Notes under the pieces: generated by a model
Seen by the model: the letters and a program-made list of their open reading frames with translations, nothing else
Told to the model about the DNA's origin: nothing
Databases searched by the model: none
Assembly: GCA_012103295.1 (NCBI GenBank)
Contig: WLXB01000022.1
Coordinates: 1,258-25,257, forward strand
Origin: Alphaproteobacteria bacterium
Lineage (GTDB): Bacteria; Pseudomonadota; Alphaproteobacteria; Rhodospirillales; Rhodospirillaceae
Direction of reading: 5' to 3'
DNA length: 24,000 bases
Made by a program: the position numbers and the translations under genes
Part shown: in pieces, positions 16,967 through 24,000 of the stretch
Layout: every line of letters begins with the position of its first letter
How positions within the stretch are numbered: position 1 is the stretch's first letter

Positions 16967-18832
16967 ATGCTGAGAGTCGTACAATACGAAGTTTATGTCC
17001 TCGACAGAGGCCGGTGGTTCTTCCAATCCCGTTATCCAGGTGCTGAGCGGGACGAAGCCATACTGGATGCTCGGAATACCGAGGTACGGACCGGCTATCC
17101 GACAAAAGTTGTCAAAGATACCTATCATCGCGATCAAAATTATTCGGAAGAGACAACGACCTACACAAGTCCAAATGCCAAGATTCATCTAGCACAAAAC
17201 AAGTCAGCCCCATTGCATTCGAGACAGACGCGGGGAAACCAAACCCACCGCAGCAAAGCAATAGGGAAACCTGGAACAGCGGGAGACCCGCAAAACCGTA
17301 AACCTCTTCAGCCAGTGAGCGACGGAACATTCGTTGTCCGGCTTGTCCTAGCCCTAGGCGGCAGCATGATACTTGCCGCCGCGCTGACTGCGTTACTTGC
17401 AACAGCACTAAACGCTATCAACAAACTAGGCTATCGTGTTTCAAGCGATGCAGGGTCGCAGATTACGATATATTGGTACATCGCCATGTTTCTGTTGAGT
17501 GCCGTCGCGCTCAATAAGGCTTATGTGCCCTGGCGTCAGCTTTTTGCCCGGCGTTCGATCGACGCAGCAGTCGCGCAACACATAGAACCCGCATCACCAC
17601 CTCCAGAAACGCACCTAAAACCGAAGCATCCCGATTCAGAGATCCAAGCTGAAAAAGATCGAGCCGTATTTGAAATGAAAACAATGCGTGGCGACATAGA
17701 TGTCGCCGCTGAACCCGCACAACTCGACGATACCACTGTCTTCGGCACCCTCGATGAGGGCCATACAAGCGACCAAGAATCCGAAAATCCAAAAGACCAC
17801 GAAGGCGTCGTCAATTCAGAGAAGGTAGATGGCAAACAAACTATTGCTCCACCCTCTAACCCAATAGTGGAGGCCAAAAACGAGCTCCAGGACACCCAAA
17901 AACCTAGCGAGGTAGCGCAGGCAACGACTCTCACAGAGATGGACATTGAGCGGTTAATTATGATGCGATTTCTCGGTGACGCCGTCATGACATTACGAGC
18001 CAGTCACGACCAGATGGACGCTAGGACGCAATTTGGAGTTAGCCTCTACTTGGCTGGTGCCGCTTCGGCTTTGGCCGACCAGCGTGGCCTTACTCCTGAT
18101 TCAGAACATGCCGTGTTGTCAGATGCTCTCAAACTCATCGGGCACGGGAACGCCAAGCGAGACTCCTTCTTCACAGCTTATGATGAGAATATGGCGGCCA
18201 AAAAGAATCAGGGCGTTATTGAGGCGGGTCAACAGGCCATGACCCGACACCTTCAATTCACAAACTGCCCTGCCAAAGACTTAGGCGCACTCCTCCAAAA
18301 GTGGGACAAGACAGCGCACTCGCCCACCCCTAGCCTCGGTGATATTTTTCTTCTTACCTATACAAATATATCCGGCACACCGTCGGCCGGAGCTGAGGAC
18401 AGCGATATGAGCAGGCACAATCATAGCGTTCGCCGGGTTTTGGAAAACTGCAATGGCGAGGAGGTGCGCCACACAGGAAAGGGTATTTTTGCCCGGTTCG
18501 CCCACCCAGATGACGCGATCTGCGCAGCTATTTCCATTCAGCAAGACCAGGAGCAAAAGCGAAAATCGGCGGAACCTCTTCCGACGACACGTGTTGCTGT
18601 GGTTGCTAGTCTCTTAGATCAAAGCGATCCAGATTTCTCAGGAGAGGTTTTTAGTTATTGCGACGGCCTTTGCAGGCGCCTTGGAGAGGGCCGGATCGCC
18701 TGCGACGCCACACTCAGTGATGTCTGCACTATTCACGATGTGGTTTTTGACCGCGCCATCCCGAGTGCCCATAGCGGCATTTCAGAACATGGCCCAGCGG
18801 TCGAAATCTTATGGGAACCTTTGCCTGCATAG
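16967..18832 (+). CDS. 2-TM membrane protein with a degenerate class III nucleotidyl-cyclase-like C-terminal domain (pseudo-cyclase paralogue)
   Basis: 621 aa. It shows full-length architectural homology to the next gene. The N-terminal modules align (VVQYEVYVLDRGRWFFQSRY against IEHFEIYYFQNGRWHVHARF). Both have two TMs (about residues 122-148 and 166-183 here). The mid domains align (FLGDAVMTLRASH...GVSLYLAGAAS...VIEAGQQAM). In the C-terminal domain, FLLTYTNISGT replaces FLFTDIVGST and RHTGKGIFARF replaces KHTGDGIMATF. Confidence 0.75.
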   Translation: MLRVVQYEVYVLDRGRWFFQSRYPGAERDEAILDARNTEVRTGYPTKVVKDTYHRDQNYSEETTTYTSPNAKIHLAQNKSAPLHSRQTRGNQTHRSKAIGKPGTAGDPQNRKPLQPVSDGTFVVRLVLALGGSMILAAALTALLATALNAINKLGYRVSSDAGSQITIYWYIAMFLLSAVALNKAYVPWRQLFARRSIDAAVAQHIEPASPPPETHLKPKHPDSEIQAEKDRAVFEMKTMRGDIDVAAEPAQLDDTTVFGTLDEGHTSDQESENPKDHEGVVNSEKVDGKQTIAPPSNPIVEAKNELQDTQKPSEVAQATTLTEMDIERLIMMRFLGDAVMTLRASHDQMDARTQFGVSLYLAGAASALADQRGLTPDSEHAVLSDALKLIGHGNAKRDSFFTAYDENMAAKKNQGVIEAGQQAMTRHLQFTNCPAKDLGALLQKWDKTAHSPTPSLGDIFLLTYTNISGTPSAGAEDSDMSRHNHSVRRVLENCNGEEVRHTGKGIFARFAHPDDAICAAISIQQDQEQKRKSAEPLPTTRVAVVASLLDQSDPDFSGEVFSYCDGLCRRLGEGRIACDATLSDVCTIHDVVFDRAIPSAHSGISEHGPAVEILWEPLPA

Positions 18833-19012
18833 CATTTTGAGCGTTTTTTAGGAGATATTCTCCGCTTAAGGGTTAAGACCCCTTTAGGGATTCTCCTGCA
18901 TATTCTTGATGTTAAGGGCATAAACCACTAACAATCCCCTTAATGGTGGGATAAGTCGGACTCTAATTCGACCGTTGGTAAAGGACCGTCGAACGAACGG
19001 CGAGCACAGGCC

Positions 19013-20983
19013 ATGGCGATCGAACACTTCGAGATATATTATTTCCAAAATGGCCGATGGCACGTACACGCCCGTTTTGAAGCCGAAGAACGCGAAATCG
19101 CCATCGAGGAAACCAAATCCGTCGAGGCCAATCTTGGTTATCCCGCGCGTGTCATTCGGGAAACTTTTTACCCAGAAACCAATACAACAGAAGAAGTTGT
19201 CACCTATCAGGGCAATCGCGCAAAGAAGATATCGGATTCCGACACGATGTTCGGAGCAAACGCGCAGGCTGGTGGGTCATCGGCAAAGAGCGGTTCCGGT
19301 GGAGGCGGCAAAGCGAGCGGCGGTAGTAAATCCGGTGGGGGCAAGCCTGCACGATCTACTCCACGACCAGAGGGCCGTGGTGCGGGATCAAGTGCTCGCC
19401 AGCAAGCCATCAAGAAAGACGCGAATAAACAGAAACAAAAAACGAGAAAAAAGGCCAAGAGCGCTTTTCTAACTGTTTTGACTGGCTTTGCACTAAGCCT
19501 GCTCGTTGCTGTAATCGGGTCTGTAGCCGTAACACTAATTCTATTCCAATTGGTCGAAGCGGGACTGGTTCCGAACGGGAATCGGAACCCCCTCCTCTTT
19601 GGAACCTTCATTCTTTTGTTCTTCGGTTCGGCCTTTATGCACTTAAACAAGAACTTCAACTTCATGAAGTTGTTCAAGAAGAAACCAAAAGAGAAGCGCG
19701 GACCAGCGCCAAAGACCGTGCCACTCGCACAAAAGAAACCAACGCCGCGTGACGCCTCTGATCTTGCCGATGCCAACATTGATGAGCTTGCTAAACGTGT
19801 GAAAGCAGACGATGCGGAAGGCGACATGACAGTCCCATCTCTTGATGATGATGGCTTTGAGTCTGATCAGCCATCCGACAAGAGCGGCGACAAAAAACCG
19901 AAAGAAAAAGAAAAAGAGAAACCAAAAGACGAGAAAAAAGAAAAAGCCGAAAAAAAGAAGGAAGAAGAGCGTAAGAAAAAAGAAGCCGAGAAAAAATCCA
20001 AGCAGGATGAGGAAAAACGTAAGGCGGCAGAAAAAAAGAAAAAGGAAAAGAGCCCCGTAGACACAGTCAAACCGGACTTTCTCAAATTCCTTACAGATGC
20101 GGTGACATCGATTCAGGCAGAGCACCCACAACTGAACACGTTTAGTAAATTTGGAATGAATTTGTATATGTGTGGAGCCTGCTCAACTATTTGTCAGGCT
20201 AAGGGCTTGGCCAACGACGTGATGCTAACATTGCTAAAGAATGGCTTGGGCTTGATCGGAACAAATGCTTCGAGCGCTCAATCATTCTGCGACGACATCC
20301 CAACCCATGGAAGCAATCCACGGTACGCGGGCATGATCCAGGCAGGAAGCCAAGCCATGCAGAATTTCATGGGTGGACAACCGAACATAAATGCAGGGTT
20401 AAGCGGCCTGCTGACAGAGTGGAATTTGCCCGAAAAGCGGGCTGCCGTACCCAATATGTTTACCTTCCTCTTTACCGATATCGTTGGGTCTACAGCGATG
20501 ACCCAACGCCTCGGCAATGCCGGCGCACAAAAAGCAGTACGTGCGCACAACGACGCCGTCCGGGGCGCCATTCAGCAGTATAATGGTCGTGAAGTTAAGC
20601 ATACGGGCGATGGCATCATGGCCACGTTCCCCGACGGCCCATCAGCTGTCGCTGCATCAATCCAAATGTTGCAGGGTGTGGTCTCCCACAATCAGGCCAG
20701 CCCTGACGTTCCCGTTGAAATTAGAGTTGGCGTCAATACAGGTGAAGCCGTGGAAGAAGAGAATGACTTCTTTGGGCAAGCTGTACAAATGACCGCACGA
20801 ATCTGCGATAAGGCAGCGGACGGCCACGCCTGGGTATCAGAGATAATCGTCGACGCATGCCAGGGCCAAAAATTCAAATTCCTACCCCGGGGTGAATTTG
20901 AAATGAAGGGCATAGAAAAGCCGAAGTCATTATTTGAAATCGCATGGACTGACACACATCGAGATGAGTTAGCAGATCTATAG
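19013..20983 (+). CDS. 2-TM membrane-anchored class III adenylate/guanylate cyclase
   Basis: 656 aa. The C-terminal 174 aa match the class III cyclase pattern: FLFTDIVGST (metal Asp489), VKHTGDGIMATF (Lys529, metal Asp533), IRVGVNTGEAV, FFGQAVQMTARI. TMs lie at about residues 151-181 and 193-210, flanked by basic residues. A Lys/Glu-rich segment of about 58 aa is also present. Confidence 0.85.
   Translation: MAIEHFEIYYFQNGRWHVHARFEAEEREIAIEETKSVEANLGYPARVIRETFYPETNTTEEVVTYQGNRAKKISDSDTMFGANAQAGGSSAKSGSGGGGKASGGSKSGGGKPARSTPRPEGRGAGSSARQQAIKKDANKQKQKTRKKAKSAFLTVLTGFALSLLVAVIGSVAVTLILFQLVEAGLVPNGNRNPLLFGTFILLFFGSAFMHLNKNFNFMKLFKKKPKEKRGPAPKTVPLAQKKPTPRDASDLADANIDELAKRVKADDAEGDMTVPSLDDDGFESDQPSDKSGDKKPKEKEKEKPKDEKKEKAEKKKEEERKKKEAEKKSKQDEEKRKAAEKKKKEKSPVDTVKPDFLKFLTDAVTSIQAEHPQLNTFSKFGMNLYMCGACSTICQAKGLANDVMLTLLKNGLGLIGTNASSAQSFCDDIPTHGSNPRYAGMIQAGSQAMQNFMGGQPNINAGLSGLLTEWNLPEKRAAVPNMFTFLFTDIVGSTAMTQRLGNAGAQKAVRAHNDAVRGAIQQYNGREVKHTGDGIMATFPDGPSAVAASIQMLQGVVSHNQASPDVPVEIRVGVNTGEAVEEENDFFGQAVQMTARICDKAADGHAWVSEIIVDACQGQKFKFLPRGEFEMKGIEKPKSLFEIAWTDTHRDELADL
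19885..20052 (+). repeat. Purine-rich low-complexity tract encoding the Lys/Glu-rich segment of the cyclase
   Basis: About 170 nt are almost entirely A/G, with several A6-A7 runs. They encode DKKPKEKEKEKPKDEKKEKAEKKKEEERKKKEAEKKSKQDEEKRKAAEKKKKEK. Confidence 0.9.
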
Positions 20984-20997
20984 GCCGCGACGTGTGG

Positions 20998-21177
20998 TCA
21001 CTTGAATACAGACTCCGCCCCCATGCGTGCGCTTTGCTTTGCTTTTATCGCCGCTTTCGTGCGTTCAATCTCCACTGACATTAACTCTATATATTCTTCC
21101 AAATCTTCAATAGACATGACCGTAAGATCGCGCGGCTTTACCTTCTTGCCCAAAGGTTCAAGGTCTTCAGCATCCAT
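20998..21177 (-). CDS. DUF1192-family small protein
   Basis: The track ORF runs to 21222. I trimmed it to the ATG at 21177, which has AGGAGA 6 nt upstream. This gives 59 aa: MDAEDLEPLGKKVKPRDLTVMSIEDLEEYIELMSVEIERTKAAIKAKQSARMGAESVFK, matching the DUF1192 pattern. Confidence 0.75.
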   Translation of the reverse strand: MDAEDLEPLGKKVKPRDLTVMSIEDLEEYIELMSVEIERTKAAIKAKQSARMGAESVFK

Positions 21178-21282
21178 CACATTTCTCCTATACACCCAGC
21201 CTGCCCTTTGTCTGGACGTCACCGGTCGTCGTTACTAAAGTTCGGGCAACTCTAAGACAAAAATCCTTGGAAGAAAAAGAGC

Positions 21283-22284
21283 ATGAAACCATCACAGTCT
21301 ATGCGTTGCATAGAAATCCGGAAACCTGGCGGGCCAGAGGTATTGGTCGAGACGACACGACCTATTCCTACGTATGGCCACGATCAAATACTAATCAAGG
21401 TAGCAGCCGCCGGTGTGAATCGACCAGACGTGTTCCAACGATTAGGTCAATACCCTCCGCCGGACGGCGCCTCGGACCTACCCGGTCTCGAGGTCTCTGG
21501 AACAGTGGTTGCGGTCGGACAAGATGTTGATACTTGGAAAGTCGGTGACTGCGTTTGCAGCCTTCTAACGGGCGGCGGCTATGCTGAATACGCCAGCGTC
21601 GATGCGGATACATGCATGTCGATACCGATCGGACTGGACCTCATCGAGGCGGCTGCTTTACCAGAAACGGTTTTTACCGTTTGGTACAATGTCTTCGACC
21701 GATGCGACCTCAAGCCAGGGGAAAGCCTGCTTGTTCACGGGGGAACGAGCGGCATCGGGACAACTGCAATTCAAATGGCGAAGGCTCACGGCTGCGAGGT
21801 TATCGTTACGGCCGGATCAGACGAAAAGTGTCAGGCCTGCCTCGATATCGGGGCTGACATAGCAATCAATTATCGTGACCAGGATTTCGTCAACGTCATC
21901 CGCGACCGGCCCAACAAGGGGGTGGACGTCATCCTCGATATGGTTGGAGGCAATTACATCGCGAAAGATCTAAAATGCCTGAGACCTGATGGCAGGCTGG
22001 CGTTTATTGCGTTTCTTGGTGGCTCTAAAGCTGAGATCGATTTTATGCCCCTCATGCTTAAGAGGCTGACGGTAACCGGCTCAACCCTTCGCACCCGGCC
22101 ACCTTCCGTTAAGAGGGCCATAGCCAGATCCGTCACACGGGCGGTTTGGCCTTGGTTGGAAAAAGGCCATTTCAGGCCGAAAATCGACCGTATCCTACCT
22201 CTTTCTCGGGCCTCAGAAGCACATCAGATTATGGAGAGCAGCAGCCATATCGGCAAAATTTTGCTTAGAATTGACCAGGGCTAA
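21283..22284 (+). CDS. NAD(P)H:quinone oxidoreductase (MDR superfamily, PIG3-like)
   Basis: 333 aa. It has a GroES-like N-terminal domain and the Rossmann motif HGGTSGIGTTAIQMAK. It ends HIGKILL, as is typical for quinone oxidoreductases. The start could instead be the ATG at 21301. Confidence 0.85.
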   Translation: MKPSQSMRCIEIRKPGGPEVLVETTRPIPTYGHDQILIKVAAAGVNRPDVFQRLGQYPPPDGASDLPGLEVSGTVVAVGQDVDTWKVGDCVCSLLTGGGYAEYASVDADTCMSIPIGLDLIEAAALPETVFTVWYNVFDRCDLKPGESLLVHGGTSGIGTTAIQMAKAHGCEVIVTAGSDEKCQACLDIGADIAINYRDQDFVNVIRDRPNKGVDVILDMVGGNYIAKDLKCLRPDGRLAFIAFLGGSKAEIDFMPLMLKRLTVTGSTLRTRPPSVKRAIARSVTRAVWPWLEKGHFRPKIDRILPLSRASEAHQIMESSSHIGKILLRIDQG

Positions 22285-22401
22285 GCATTCAACAGGTTTG
22301 ACCCTGCCTCCCCTATTCCGATATACCAGCGCCACAATTCGCGACTTTCAGTGCTAATGCCGGGCTTAAGCTGGTGCTGATCACCCTCGAAAGGAAGTTC
22401 C

Positions 22402-23076
22402 ATGGCTTTGCCGCTAATGCCAAAAGCGACTGCAGTTTGGCTGGTCGACAACACGACACTCACCTTCACGCAAATTGCCGACTTTACCGGCATGCATGAG
22501 CTTGAAGTTCAAGCGATAGCAGACGGAGAAGTCGCTGTTGGTATTGTCGGTGTTGATCCAACAAGCAATGGGCAACTCAGCGCCGACGAAATAAAGCGCG
22601 GCGAGGATAAAGCTGGGTACAGCCTTAAGCTTAGCAGATCAGATATTCCCAAGCCTAAAGCCCGATCTAAGGGCGCGCGTTATACACCTGTTTCAAAACG
22701 GCAGGAGCGCCCTGATGCCATCGCTTGGCTTTTGCGCCACCATCCAGAGCTTGCCGACTCACAAGTCTCTCGTTTACTAGGCACGACAAAGCCGACGATC
22801 AACTCGATCCGTGAACGCACTCATTGGAATATGCAAAACATTAAACCGCAAAACCCCGTAACTTTAGGGTTATGCAACGAACCTGATTTGCAAAAGGCTC
22901 TGGCCCTGGCAGCGCGTCGAGCAAAAAAAGCGGGTATAGAACTGCCCAAACCTGCCCCAGATGTCGAACAGCCTGCTGAAGAGCAAAGTGCACCTGAAGA
23001 GACAGCTCCCACAGCCCCCGCCGCCCCCGAAGTCACAGCTGAAAATCTATTCCGTCCAAGCACGGCTGAAAACTAG
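22402..23076 (+). CDS. DUF1013-family protein (alphaproteobacterial; annotated in some genomes as cell-cycle regulator TrcR)
   Basis: 224 aa. The family signature is recalled from memory: MALPLMPKATAVWLVDNTTLTFTQIADF...ARYTPVSKRQERPDAIAWLLRHHPEL...TTKPTINSIRERTHWN. The C-terminal tail is Pro/Ala/Glu-rich. Confidence 0.75.
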   Translation: MALPLMPKATAVWLVDNTTLTFTQIADFTGMHELEVQAIADGEVAVGIVGVDPTSNGQLSADEIKRGEDKAGYSLKLSRSDIPKPKARSKGARYTPVSKRQERPDAIAWLLRHHPELADSQVSRLLGTTKPTINSIRERTHWNMQNIKPQNPVTLGLCNEPDLQKALALAARRAKKAGIELPKPAPDVEQPAEEQSAPEETAPTAPAAPEVTAENLFRPSTAEN

Positions 23077-23088
23077 AAAGCTATCTAT

Positions 23089-23122
23089 AAAAAAAACGGC
23101 CCATCCATTTTTGGATAGGCCG
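23089..23122 (-). terminator. Rho-independent terminator (T-run on the minus strand; may act bidirectionally)
   Basis: The minus strand reads cggcctatcca-aaaa-tggatgggccg followed by T8. It lies between the convergent DUF1013 and DUF465 genes. Confidence 0.75.
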
Positions 23123-23212
23123 AAGGGGATCGGATTAACCGACCATTATTTGACGGGCGCCTGGTCTTTGTTGACCACTAGATTTCCGGTTTACAGAATA
23201 CAAGAGCTCCCT

Positions 23213-23377
23213 TTAATGGGGCATTCGTTCGAATTCGTCTTTAATCCTAAGCTTATGCTTTTTAAGATCATGGACCATTGTGTAATCAGGGAGGGGTCTG
23301 TTTTCCTCTTCTTCGATCTGATGATCGAGTTCTTCGTGCTTTACTCTCAAGGTTTCCAAACGAGCATCCTGCCCCAT
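23213..23377 (-). CDS. DUF465 (YdcH-like) small protein
   Basis: I trimmed the ORF to the ATG at 23377, which has GAGGAG 8 nt upstream. This gives 54 aa: LETLRVKHEELDHQIEEEENRP.PDYTMVHDLKKHKLRIKDE, matching the DUF465 pattern. Confidence 0.75.
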   Translation of the reverse strand: MGQDARLETLRVKHEELDHQIEEEENRPLPDYTMVHDLKKHKLRIKDEFERMPH

Positions 23378-23731
23378 AGACGAAACTCCTCTCATACTTT
23401 GTTACAACACCTCTATCGTAACGCCTCCGGCGAACTCAGCGCCAGAGGCTTACGTAAGGCTCTGTCTTAACTCGATTTTTTACTGGCAATATTGTTACTT
23501 ATGAAAGCAATAATAGTATGCGCAGTACCGATAACCCAGTGACGGGCGAACCGTACATTCTCTGAAGCCCAGATTTTATGGGCTAGGTGCCAAGCAGTAG
23601 AGAGCAAATATCCAGAAAAAATGACCATATCAGCCGCGACTCGATAAGCTTGATTCCTTCACAACGCGGCTAAGCTCAACGCACATATATCGGTGCCTAT
23701 ACACCTCTTCCCAGAATGATTAGACATAGCG

Positions 23732-23944
23732 ATGATCGAAACAGACGATTCCCAGGACCAAATTCAAGAAAAGATCGCCGCTCTAGACCTTGAGCACCGA
23801 GATCTCGATGAGGTGATTCAGAATCTAGAAATTCAGGGGGATTTTGATCAACTCAAGCTTTCGAGACTCAAAAAGCGAAAGCTAATGTTGAAAGATCAGA
23901 TATCCAGCCTAAGCAATAAGCTTCTACCAGACATCATCGCATAG
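23732..23944 (+). CDS. DUF465 (YdcH-like) small protein, second copy
   Basis: 70 aa with LDLEHRDLDEVIQNLE....DQLKLSRLKKRKLMLKDQISSL. This is the same helix-loop-helix pattern as the 23213-23377 gene. Confidence 0.7.
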   Translation: MIETDDSQDQIQEKIAALDLEHRDLDEVIQNLEIQGDFDQLKLSRLKKRKLMLKDQISSLSNKLLPDIIA

Positions 23945-24000
23945 ACCTCTATTCACTATGATCTCAATACATGATCGGCCTGGCCAATAGCCTGTAGAGC

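Noticed and set aside
19207-20131. Long minus-strand ORFs (206 aa and 162 aa, the latter extremely Phe/Leu-rich and TM-like)
   Set aside because: They are antisense shadows of the cyclase gene. The poly-Phe/Leu composition is simply the complement of the purine-rich Lys/Glu tract.
16967-20983. Reading the cyclase pair as a Pycsar/CBASS-like cyclic-nucleotide defence system
   Set aside because: No cNMP-binding effector (TIR, TM-pore or nuclease) is encoded next to it. Both genes are full-length paralogues of each other rather than a cyclase plus effector. The flanking genes are core (rpmE, DUF1192).
1-24000. Scan for IS elements, integrases, phage genes, tRNA/rRNA genes, CRISPR arrays and long direct or inverted repeats
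   Set aside because: None was found by eye. The only repeats are the in-gene low-complexity tracts and the short intergenic motifs reported above. Gene order is that of a conserved chromosomal backbone.

Overview
This window looks like a syntenic core-genome stretch of an alphaproteobacterium. Lineage markers are a DUF1013/TrcR-like gene, DUF1192, two DUF465 genes, a zapA plus DUF4164/ZauP-like pair, and a Cys-less L31. The minus-strand block 1-7961 reads tolB(5' fragment) <- tolA <- tolR <- tolQ <- ybgC <- ruvB <- ruvA <- ruvC <- yebC <- YmdB-like phosphoesterase <- 5-formyl-THF cyclo-ligase <- candidate 6S RNA <- zapA <- ZauP-like. Many of these junctions overlap by 4-8 nt. The plus strand then carries a class I FBP aldolase, thiE and a secreted six-Cys orphan, followed by the divergent pair epmA <-> efp and an IMPase. 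Next come a three-gene OmpA-like / MotA-ExbB-like / MotB-like stator-type module of unknown function, rpmE, and two tandem paralogous 2-TM membrane proteins ending in class III nucleotidyl-cyclase domains. The upstream cyclase copy has lost both metal-binding Asp residues. The window ends with DUF1192, a quinone oxidoreductase, DUF1013 and two DUF465 genes. I saw no transposase, integrase, tRNA, rRNA or CRISPR array. The best candidates for an undescribed system are the stator-like triad (13144-16540) and the pseudo-cyclase/cyclase pair (16967-20983). All calls come from reading the translations and DNA by eye; no database search was run.
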